Source: a virus
Lineage: Duplodnaviria; Caudoviricetes
Virus record (IMG/VR): IMGVR_UViG_3300017774_002658
Span: 1 to 24,314 of that record
Reading direction: 5' to 3' (one strand)
DNA: 24,314 nucleotides
A program made the position numbers and the translations under genes. The notes beneath the pieces were generated by a model. The model was not told the DNA's origin. It made no database searches and was given only the letters and a program-made list of their open reading frames with translations. Positions 17,027-24,000 of the stretch are shown here, in pieces. Position 1 is the first letter of the stretch. The number at the start of each line of letters is the position of its first letter.

Positions 17027-17200
17027 ATGAGTACATTTGATGAAGTTTGGAATAAAGTTGCCGAAGAACTACGAGGAAACCTAACCGTTGAGGAATATAA
17101 AGAGTTAATCACTCTTGAATATGTATTAACTTGGGGTTATGGAAGTCCTGATGATGATGAACGATTTAAAGAATTAAGAATTAAAAAACACGGAATATAA
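17027..17200 (+). CDS. 57-aa hypothetical protein (missing from the ORF track)
   Basis: MSTFDEVWNKVAEELRGNLTVEEYKELITLEYVLTWGYGSPDDDERFKELRIKKHGI*; TAATG overlap with the next gene. Confidence 0.75.
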   Translation: MSTFDEVWNKVAEELRGNLTVEEYKELITLEYVLTWGYGSPDDDERFKELRIKKHGI

Positions 17201-17691
17201 TGGTTAAATATATATTACTTTTTTTTACCTTATTTTCGTACAGTCAAAAACATATTTTAATTGGTGATTCTCAAACATTTTATCTATCAAAATACACTAA
17301 AGAAATAAAATGTGTAAAAAGATTAACAAAATCAGGGATTGGTGTTATCCGGTTAAACAAAAAGGTAACATCATACCCAATATCACCTGATGTTAATAGT
17401 GTTTCAGTATGTATTGGGGTTAATGATTATTACCGGGATATTGGGGTTAGAAAATTGATGGAAACAATCAAACGGACTTTCCCCAATTCAATAATTTATG
17501 TTATCCAAGGGTCTTGGGGTTGGGGTGGAGTCAAAAAAATAAAGACCTCATCAATTTCAAAATACTACAAGAGATTCCAAAATTTAGGGGGGGTTATAAT
17601 AGAACTCCCAATTGGGTATGGTGACCCTCATAAAGATAAGGAAAGTTATAAGACAATAATTGATTCATTAGAATGTATAATAACTCGTTAA
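17200..17691 (+). CDS. Exported SGNH/GDSL-type hydrolase
   Basis: Signal-peptide-like N-terminus; LIGDSQ (block I), IGVND (block III), GDPH (block V variant). Confidence 0.7.
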   Translation: MVKYILLFFTLFSYSQKHILIGDSQTFYLSKYTKEIKCVKRLTKSGIGVIRLNKKVTSYPISPDVNSVSVCIGVNDYYRDIGVRKLMETIKRTFPNSIIYVIQGSWGWGGVKKIKTSSISKYYKRFQNLGGVIIELPIGYGDPHKDKESYKTIIDSLECIITR

Positions 17692-17697
17692 ATAAAA

Positions 17698-18003
17698 ATG
17701 GAAAACACAAAAGGAGATTCAACAAGATACAAGGCCAAAGAATGGCCGATAACAAATAAAGAAATTATGAAAAACTATGTGGTTGGAATTTTAAGTATGT
17801 ATGAAAACGACTTAAAATTATTTAAAGTTGAAGCTGAAGACAAATATGACGCTTTAAAAAAAGGAATGTTAGAGTTCACACCTGATGAATATAAAGAACA
17901 CGAACTTGAATTCCAAAATGGTGCAATATGTCCCCCAAATTTTGAATCATTAACCGGATATTATGAAGTTGGGGAAATTAAAACAGAAGTAATAGAAATA
18001 TAG
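17698..18003 (+). CDS. Hypothetical protein
   Basis: ORF; an alternative start MKNYVVG lies at 17767. Confidence 0.65.
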   Translation: MENTKGDSTRYKAKEWPITNKEIMKNYVVGILSMYENDLKLFKVEAEDKYDALKKGMLEFTPDEYKEHELEFQNGAICPPNFESLTGYYEVGEIKTEVIEI

Positions 18004-18008
18004 AAATT

Positions 18009-18701
18009 ATGATTATAACATTAATGAGCGACAGCCACAATAAACACAAACAAGTAACCACCGACTTACCGGGAGGAGATTTACTAGTTCATAGTGGGGA
18101 TATATCATCTATGGGATACGAACACGAAATCAGAGAGTTCTGTAAGTGGTTTAACAACATAGAAGGTTACACTCACAAGGTATTCATTGCCGGAAATCAC
18201 GATTGGGGTTTTCAAGATAACGTTGACAAGGTAAAAGAGATTTTAGACTTCTACACCGGAATTACATATCTCCAAGATAGTGAATTGGTAATCAAAGTTG
18301 GTGATGAGAGAGAAGTAAAAATTTATGGTAGTCCTTGGCAACCTGAATTTCACAGTTGGGCATTTAACTTACCTAAAAATGGTGTAGCGTTGTCAGGTAA
18401 ATGGGAAGGAATCCCTGATGATACCGACATCTTACTTACTCACTGTCCGGTGTTTGGAATATTAGACACTGTTGACGGTAGAAGATATGATAATTTAGGT
18501 TGTGAGTTATTAGTTGAGAGATTAGAGAGATTAAACGTTAAACTTCATAATGTTGGTCACATCCACACCGGATATGGTTACGTTAGAAAAGGAGACACAC
18601 ATCACTTTAACTCTGCGGTATTAGATGAAAGATACATCTATACTCAAAAACCAATGACCATCGATTGGAATCCGGATACAAACGAAGTAGAGTTTGTGTA
18701 A
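18009..18701 (+). CDS. Calcineurin-like metallophosphoesterase (MPPED-like)
   Basis: SDSH, HSGD, AGNHD, IYGSPWQP, LLTHCP, GHIH. Confidence 0.92.
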   Translation: MIITLMSDSHNKHKQVTTDLPGGDLLVHSGDISSMGYEHEIREFCKWFNNIEGYTHKVFIAGNHDWGFQDNVDKVKEILDFYTGITYLQDSELVIKVGDEREVKIYGSPWQPEFHSWAFNLPKNGVALSGKWEGIPDDTDILLTHCPVFGILDTVDGRRYDNLGCELLVERLERLNVKLHNVGHIHTGYGYVRKGDTHHFNSAVLDERYIYTQKPMTIDWNPDTNEVEFV

Positions 18702-18702
18702 T

Positions 18703-18736
18703 AAAAAACCCCCATTAAACGTGGGGGTTATTTTTT
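18703..18736. terminator. Bidirectional intrinsic terminator
   Basis: aaccccca-N7-tgggggtt flanked by A and T tracts. Confidence 0.8.
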
Positions 18737-18923
18737 ATCCGTTCATTATCTGTTGCAACTGTGCCATTATTCTTCCTTGTTGTTCTTGAAGTTTTTGGAT
18801 TTTTTTAAGTTGTTCTTCATTTAAATCTAGACTTTCACCTTTAATTGAGGCAATTTCATTAGCAATTCTATCGAAACCATACGTTAGATTACTGTACTGT
18901 TGGGCTTTTTGTTCATCGTTCAT
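18735..18923 (-). CDS. Small coiled-coil protein
   Basis: Likely start MNDEQKAQQY at 18923. Confidence 0.7.
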   Translation of the reverse strand: MNDEQKAQQYSNLTYGFDRIANEIASIKGESLDLNEEQLKKIQKLQEQQGRIMAQLQQIMNG

Positions 18924-18973
18924 ACAATAATTTAAACCAATAAAATAAAAAGTAAAACATATTGACTTTTTAT
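18918..18973 (+). repeat. 56-bp direct repeat, copy 1
   Basis: gttcatacaataatttaaaccaataaaataaaaagtaaaacatattgactttttat; one mismatch to 19428-19483. Confidence 0.95.
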
Positions 18974-19041
18974 ATAACTCCACCGAAAAACCCACAAATC
19001 TTTAGTTTGTGGGATGAAAGGTGGTTTTAGTTTAATTTGAA

Positions 19042-19269
19042 CTATTTCTTTAGTAATTTCTCCTCAATGTATTCCTCAACATAATCAATACCGCCCAATA
19101 AATCCTTACTAATAGTTTTCATAATTTTTTTTAACTCACTTAGTTTAGAATTTAATTCACGATATGAAGGATGTTCATCAATAAATTCGTATTTGTTTTT
19201 ACCTTCATTAATAATCTTATTAACAAGGTTAGTTAAATCTGTTTCAGTTAGTCTCACTACTTTTTTCAT
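19042..19269 (-). CDS. Small helical protein with MKKVVRLTE leader
   Basis: Start 19269; TATTTATA box at 19284-19291 on the minus strand. Confidence 0.8.
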   Translation of the reverse strand: MKKVVRLTETDLTNLVNKIINEGKNKYEFIDEHPSYRELNSKLSELKKIMKTISKDLLGGIDYVEEYIEEKLLKK

Positions 19270-19330
19270 AATTATATTTTTAATATAAATATCCATCAAA
19301 AAAAAAAACGATTTTTTTGAAAAAATATTT

Positions 19331-19420
19331 TTAACCTTGATTTAAAATATATTCTCTGATTGTTTCTGGTGAAGCTTCACCGATTGAACAAGCAAAATAA
19401 CCATCAGACCAAAAAGTTTT
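19331..19420 (-). pseudogene. tnpA: C-terminal fragment of an IS200-type Y1 (HUH) transposase
   Basis: KTFWSDGYFACSIGEASPETIREYILNQG* matches the W..GY...S.G......I..YI..Q catalytic-Tyr helix; an in-frame stop lies upstream and there is no start codon. Confidence 0.85.
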
Positions 19421-19427
19421 GGAAGTT

Positions 19428-19483
19428 GTTCATACACTAATTTAAACCAATAAAATAAAAAGTAAAACATATTGACTTTTTAT
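19428..19483 (+). repeat. 56-bp direct repeat, copy 2 (continues into an intact promoter)
   Basis: TTGACT at 19472-19477 followed by TATATTTATT at 19494-19503. Confidence 0.95.
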
Positions 19484-19507
19484 CTTAATATAGTATATTT
19501 ATTACCA

Positions 19508-19552
19508 ATGATGAGATACAAACTATACACGCCAAACAATTATATTACTTAA
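19508..19552 (+). CDS. Putative leader peptide MMRYKLYTPNNYIT
   Basis: 14 codons between the promoter and a terminator, with tandem Asn codons AAC AAT. Confidence 0.55.
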   Translation: MMRYKLYTPNNYIT

Positions 19553-19557
19553 CAAGT

Positions 19558-19589
19558 AAGTCCCTATTTTATTTTAGGGACTTTTTTTT
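19558..19589 (+). terminator. Intrinsic terminator in the 5' leader of the aaRS-like gene (attenuator)
   Basis: aagtcccta-ttttattt-tagggactt with a T tract to 19589, starting 6 nt after the leader stop. Confidence 0.8.
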
Positions 19590-19625
19590 GCCCATACGTA
19601 AACAATAAAAATTAAATATAAAACT

Positions 19626-20456
19626 ATGAAACAAACAAAAACTTACCACGAGTTGGTACAAAAAATGAGAACGTTCTTTGTAAATAAGAACTTTATTGAG
19701 GTTCCATCTCAATCACGATTATCTATTTTAGCTGCTTGTGAAAATCCACATTCAGTAAAAACTTTTGAATATGGTGGAGAAATTTGGCCATTACCACAAA
19801 CAGGACAAATGTGGTTGGAATATGAATTATTAAAAAATCCTGAATGGGATGGTGTATTCTGTATCTCCACTTCTTATAGAGAAGAAAAAAACCCAATTCC
19901 GGGTCGTCACGAATTAATCTTTCCAATGTTTGAGTTTGAATCAAAGGGTGGTATGCTTCATTTACTTGTATTAGAACGTGAATTATTAAAATATTTAGGG
20001 TTTTCAGAACCAGTTCCCGTAGATTACGAACAAGTTTGTAAAGAATACGGAGGTGTTTCTATTTTAGAGGATGAACACGAATCAAGAATGTGGAAAGAAA
20101 AAAGTGAGGTTATATCATTACAAAACTTTCCAATTAGAACAAACCCATTTTGGAATATGAAACACAACTCAGATAATATCTTTAACAAAGTGGATGTTAT
20201 CCTTTTTGGTCAAGAAACAATTGGTTCCGCAGAAAGAAGTTGTGATGTTGAAAAAATGAGAGAGATGTTTTACACGATTGAAAATGGGGGTTATTCTCAA
20301 AAATTATTTGAACTATTCGGTAAAGAAAGAGTTGAGAAAGAATTGGAAGAATTTTTATCTTTGGACTTCTTCCCAAGATTCGGGGCAGGAATTGGTTTAA
20401 CAAGATTGGCAAGAGCTTATGAATTAAACCAAAAAGTTTTGGAAGTTGTGGAATAA
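19626..20456 (+). CDS. Class IIb aminoacyl-tRNA synthetase catalytic-domain paralogue (asparagine synthetase A/AsnRS2-like)
   Basis: Motif 1 F.EVP, LPQTGQMWLE, motif 2 SYREE...GRH...F.MFEFE, ETIGSAER, motif 3 GAGIGLTRL; 276 aa with no anticodon-binding OB domain. Confidence 0.8.
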   Translation: MKQTKTYHELVQKMRTFFVNKNFIEVPSQSRLSILAACENPHSVKTFEYGGEIWPLPQTGQMWLEYELLKNPEWDGVFCISTSYREEKNPIPGRHELIFPMFEFESKGGMLHLLVLERELLKYLGFSEPVPVDYEQVCKEYGGVSILEDEHESRMWKEKSEVISLQNFPIRTNPFWNMKHNSDNIFNKVDVILFGQETIGSAERSCDVEKMREMFYTIENGGYSQKLFELFGKERVEKELEEFLSLDFFPRFGAGIGLTRLARAYELNQKVLEVVE

Positions 20457-20473
20457 TTTATTACCTTTGTCCT

Positions 20474-20656
20474 ATGAGTAAAGTTATAAAAGAATTAGGA
20501 AAAAAGTGGGAACAAGTTTATGACGACCCCGATGAAACTGTTATTTGGAGATATGATACATCAAAAAATAATAATGGGCCTTATGAGGTTGAAATAAAAT
20601 ACAAACGACCGGTGGTTAAAACCAAGAAGGTTACAAGAAAGGTTACTATTAAGTAA
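20474..20656 (+). CDS. Small basic hypothetical protein
   Basis: TACCTTTG at 20462-20469, 4 nt before the ATG. Confidence 0.75.
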   Translation: MSKVIKELGKKWEQVYDDPDETVIWRYDTSKNNNGPYEVEIKYKRPVVKTKKVTRKVTIK

Positions 20657-20670
20657 CCTTTTTTCGTTTT
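20639..20670 (+). terminator. Intrinsic terminator
   Basis: aaggttact-atta-agtaacctt followed by a T tract. Confidence 0.7.
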
Positions 20671-20717
20671 AAAAACTAATAAACACACAACACCAAATTA
20701 TAACAAATACACAAATA

Positions 20718-20758
20718 AATTTTACAATATTTATTATAATATAAACAATTGTAAAATT
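20718..20758 (+). promoter_or_regulatory. 11-bp perfect inverted repeat enclosing the TATTTAT box upstream of the endolysin
   Basis: aattttacaat (20718-20728) and attgtaaaatt (20748-20758); tatttatt at 20728-20735. Confidence 0.6.
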
Positions 20759-20765
20759 AAAAATT

Positions 20766-21584
20766 ATGTTATTAAAAGTGGGGTCTACAGGTGAAGACGT
20801 AAAAAAACTACAAACAAAATTAGGTACAACAGCCGACGGAACATTTGGTCCGGGTACAGAGAAATTAGTTAAAGAATTTCAAGCCAAAAACGGATTAACC
20901 GCTGACGGAATTGTTGGTGATGGAACTTGGTCAAAAATGTTCGGTTCAGTAATTAAAGAAGATGTTGTAATCCCAACAGGTAGTGGATTCAAACTTGATA
21001 AATTGAAAGGACATATTCCTGAGTCGGTAATTGCTCAGATTCCGGATACTGCAAAAAAATTCAACATTACTAATCCGTTAAGATTGGCTCATTTCTTGGC
21101 TCAATGTGGTCACGAATCAGGTGGATTCAAAGCGGTGTCAGAAAATGTTAATTATTCTGCTGATGGTCTTAAAAAAATATTCCCAAAATACTTTCCCGGT
21201 AACTTATCAGAATCTTACGCTAGAAATCCTGAGAAAATTGCGTCAAAAGTATATGGTGGGAGAATGGGTAACGGTGATGAATCAACAAAAGAGGGGTATA
21301 AATTCAGAGGTCGAGGATATATCCAACTAACAGGTAAAGATAACTATAAAAACTTTACTAAATTCATTGGTGAAGATTGTATTGGAAACCCTGATTTAGT
21401 TGCAACAAAATATCCATTGGCGTCCGCAGCATTCTTCTTTGACTCAAATAAATTATGGTCTATTTGTGATAAAGGAGCGGATGATGCAACGGTAACGGCA
21501 GTAACCAAAAGAGTAAATGGTGGAGTAATTGGCTTGCCTGATAGAATAAAACATTTCAAAGAATATTATAACTTATTGAAGTAA
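20766..21584 (+). CDS. Modular endolysin: PG_binding_1 domain plus GH19 (chitinase-like) muramidase
   Basis: LKVGSTGEDVKKLQ...DG.FGP.TE..VK.FQ...GL.ADGIVG..TW; RLAHFLAQCGHESGGF, FRGRGYIQLTGKDNY, TKRVNGG..GL.DR. Confidence 0.93.
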   Translation: MLLKVGSTGEDVKKLQTKLGTTADGTFGPGTEKLVKEFQAKNGLTADGIVGDGTWSKMFGSVIKEDVVIPTGSGFKLDKLKGHIPESVIAQIPDTAKKFNITNPLRLAHFLAQCGHESGGFKAVSENVNYSADGLKKIFPKYFPGNLSESYARNPEKIASKVYGGRMGNGDESTKEGYKFRGRGYIQLTGKDNYKNFTKFIGEDCIGNPDLVATKYPLASAAFFFDSNKLWSICDKGADDATVTAVTKRVNGGVIGLPDRIKHFKEYYNLLK

Positions 21585-21590
21585 TCAACT

Positions 21591-21617
21591 AACCCCCCTC
21601 CTGAAAAGAGGGGTTTC
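21591..21617 (+). terminator. Hairpin or weak terminator after the endolysin
   Basis: cccctc-ctgaaaa-gagggg followed by only a short T tract. Confidence 0.5.
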
Positions 21618-21623
21618 AATAAT

Positions 21624-21890
21624 ATGGAAACTAAACCTAACGGATTTACCGACACATTCTTTACAAAATTAAAGGAACAATCTTTTACCATTATATTATT
21701 GGTGGGTATCCTGTATTATCAAAATATGAGTTTTAATCGTGAATTGGAAGAATATAAAAAAATGATTAATGACAAGGAAACAATTATCTTAAAACTTACC
21801 GATGACGAAAGACAACGATTAATGGAGAGAGCCGAGTATTTAACGGAACAGAGAGATAAATATGTTGAGGAATTAATTAATGAAAAATAA
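21624..21890 (+). CDS. Single-TM coiled-coil protein, holin- or spanin-like candidate
   Basis: One hydrophobic helix (FTIILLVGILYY) and a charged coiled coil, directly after the endolysin. Confidence 0.5.
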   Translation: METKPNGFTDTFFTKLKEQSFTIILLVGILYYQNMSFNRELEEYKKMINDKETIILKLTDDERQRLMERAEYLTEQRDKYVEELINEK

Positions 21891-21932
21891 TTTTATATTA
21901 TCACGAAGTATTTATAATAAAAAAGAGTTAAA

Positions 21933-22241
21933 ATGGATAAGAAATTAATTAACGAAGATATTAGTAATATAAAATACCTTTTTGGTTATAAACCGGGAAG
22001 AGTTATATCAGAACAAGAAGAACCTGAAACAGATAGATATATGTTTTTCAGTAATTTAGAACAAATTCATAGACAAATGGGTATATTGTTAGAAAAAGAC
22101 CCGGAGATGATTAGTAAAATATTAGATAATGGTCACGATTGGGCTCAAGACCATATATCAACAGCAAAAGAATCTATTGACCAAGTATTTGACTTTTTAA
22201 TGAATGAAGAAAAAGGTGATGGGGATGATTTTATTAAATAA
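21933..22241 (+). CDS. Protein with KLINE...VISEQ leader
   Basis: TATTTATA at 21909-21916. Confidence 0.8.
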   Translation: MDKKLINEDISNIKYLFGYKPGRVISEQEEPETDRYMFFSNLEQIHRQMGILLEKDPEMISKILDNGHDWAQDHISTAKESIDQVFDFLMNEEKGDGDDFIK

Positions 22242-22270
22242 CAATATATTTATAATAAAAAACAATTAAT

Positions 22271-22762
22271 ATGAAAAATTTATACAACAAAATTTCTCAA
22301 CAAGAGAAAAAAAGAATCCTTGAGATGCACACTGGAATGAAGAAAACCATTAAGGAGCAATATGACGACCGAAACGGTATGAATTGGGTTCAAAATACTA
22401 CAATGGATAGACAAAGACCAATGGATGAACCAATGTTTGAGGAGGGAAGTTTTGAATCAATCCTTAAAAAATATAACTTACTTGATAAAGTAGATAGTCC
22501 TACTAAAGAAAAAAGATTGTTTATGAGAAGACAATCATCCAAAGTAGTTCAAAAATTACTATCAATATTACATTTATTTGATACTGTAATCTTTTTAGCG
22601 ATACTTGAATGTGAATCAGCCGATTTTTCAGATGTTGATATTTGTGGGTTACCTAATTTAACTTTTATAAACTTACAAGGTACCGAAAATAATTTTAATG
22701 AACAAGGTTATGAGTGTCTTGAAAATGAAGGTAATGGTATGTATTTTCATAAAGAAGGATAA
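22271..22762 (+). CDS. Protein with EKKRILEMH...IKEQ leader and a short LRR-like C-terminal segment
   Basis: TATTTATA at 22247-22254; ICGLPNLTFINLQGT. Confidence 0.75.
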   Translation: MKNLYNKISQQEKKRILEMHTGMKKTIKEQYDDRNGMNWVQNTTMDRQRPMDEPMFEEGSFESILKKYNLLDKVDSPTKEKRLFMRRQSSKVVQKLLSILHLFDTVIFLAILECESADFSDVDICGLPNLTFINLQGTENNFNEQGYECLENEGNGMYFHKEG

Positions 22763-22767
22763 TAAAT

Positions 22768-22800
22768 AAAAAACCCCCTATATTAAGGGGGTTCTTTTTT
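22768..22800. terminator. Bidirectional intrinsic terminator
   Basis: aaccccct-atatta-agggggtt with A and T tracts. Confidence 0.8.
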
Positions 22801-23503
22801 ATGATAAGTCCTTGGACATATTGATTGCCGCTTGTAAAGCTTCTTCCCAATTCTCAATAATTTTTTTACCTCGTTTTGTGTATGGCATTATATAACCAAT
22901 TCCTGATTCTGTCATCCATTTTTTATCTAAGTCATCACTTTCATTAAATAACTTATCGTATTTTTGTTTCCATCCAGCCCATTCCCACTCTTCGTAATCT
23001 TCTTCTTGTGGTTTATAAGATGGGTCAAATAATCTATCACCAATTTTAAATGTTGTTCCACCTCTGTGGGTATATCCGTGATATCCCTCAATTTTGGGAA
23101 ATAAATGGTGATTTACATAAGTTACCTCATTCATTACTTTGGCAACACCGTGGGGATACTCATCACAAACCACCATATTGTTTTTGTAATACCACCAACC
23201 TCTATCAATATCACCAACATATTTACCATCTTTGGTTAAAAACGAGTTCGGTAATTTATGTTCGTTGTTTTCACCAAATGAGTGACATCCAATAATACCT
23301 CCGGTGTGACTCTCAATTAGATATTTAGATTGGGGATTTATAACCCATCCACTTAAATCTTGTTGTGGGGTAATTCTTGAAACCAATTTTGTGAATCCTA
23401 AATTAAGGTGGATTTTGTTTAATTTATCTTTTCCAGTGTATTCAGGATGTTTTTCAAACTTTAATCTAAGTTTTCCAATGTAAGGTGTTGTGTTTTTAAT
23501 CAT
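22799..23503 (-). CDS. Hypothetical phage protein
   Basis: Likely start MIKNTTPY at 23503; contains YHGYTHRG...FKIGDRLFD. Confidence 0.75.
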   Translation of the reverse strand: MIKNTTPYIGKLRLKFEKHPEYTGKDKLNKIHLNLGFTKLVSRITPQQDLSGWVINPQSKYLIESHTGGIIGCHSFGENNEHKLPNSFLTKDGKYVGDIDRGWWYYKNNMVVCDEYPHGVAKVMNEVTYVNHHLFPKIEGYHGYTHRGGTTFKIGDRLFDPSYKPQEEDYEEWEWAGWKQKYDKLFNESDDLDKKWMTESGIGYIMPYTKRGKKIIENWEEALQAAINMSKDLS

Positions 23504-23559
23504 AATTTTATATCTTTGTCGAATAATATGAAACATTAATTAAATTATCAACTATTTAT

Positions 23560-23961
23560 ATGAAAAAAGAATCCCAAATAGAATTCCGTAGTGAATTTTT
23601 GAATGATGTGACCGTGGTTGTTGTTTTTAATGACGACCCATTATACTCACAAGTTAAACCATTTTTTGACGAATATGGATTTGGGTTTATGGTTCCGGGA
23701 GAAAATCTTATGATTATAGATGGTGAGATTTTGGTTGGTAAATCAGATGCTAAAGACATTTTGAAATTTATTGAAGCTCACGAGGCATCACACATATTAT
23801 TAAATCACAACGGACATAGAAACGAAAAAGATGAAATTGATGCTGATTTAAAAGCATTGACTTTATTAATTGAGAAAGGATACGACAAATCTATAAAATT
23901 ACTATTAGACCACTTCCAAGAAAGACACGGAGTTGAGTTTGGGGATATGAGCCTGACATAA
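23560..23961 (+). CDS. HExxH metallopeptidase-like protein
   Basis: FIEAHEASHILLNH...EIDAD; TATTTAT abuts the ATG. Confidence 0.75.
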   Translation: MKKESQIEFRSEFLNDVTVVVVFNDDPLYSQVKPFFDEYGFGFMVPGENLMIIDGEILVGKSDAKDILKFIEAHEASHILLNHNGHRNEKDEIDADLKALTLLIEKGYDKSIKLLLDHFQERHGVEFGDMSLT

Positions 23962-23970
23962 TAACAATTT

Positions 23971-24000
23971 AACCTGACAATATGTCAGGTTTTTTGTTTT
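23971..24000 (+). terminator. Palindrome with T tract (terminator and/or operator) upstream of dnaK
   Basis: aacctgaca-ata-tgtcaggtt followed by T-rich sequence. Confidence 0.65.

Larger units (their letters stand above)
18974..19420. mobile_element. IS200/IS605-family relic (end hairpin, enclosed gene, tnpA 3' fragment)
   Basis: Begins after TTTAT; hairpin cccacaaa-tctttag-tttgtggg (18991-19013) with outer ccacc/ggtgg arms; TnpA C-terminus at 19331-19420. Confidence 0.75.

Noticed and set aside
18918-19483. 56-bp repeats as a target-site duplication or prophage att sites
   Set aside because: IS200/IS605 elements do not create target duplications and no integrase is present. A segmental duplication or an assembly artefact fits better.
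19626-20456. A true asparaginyl- or aspartyl-tRNA synthetase (asnS/aspS)
   Set aside because: There is no N-terminal anticodon-binding domain, so no gene symbol was assigned.
1309-23759. Overlapping track ORFs 1309-1500, 2135-2323, 4816-5139, 5433-5663, 5846-6250, 7406-7648, 8693-8887, 10632-10913, 11024-11248, 14126-14332, 19723-19944, 20197-20412, 21106-21330, 21344-21559, 23050-23295, 23556-23759
   Set aside because: They are antisense or alternate-frame shadows of better-supported genes, with no motifs or expression signals.
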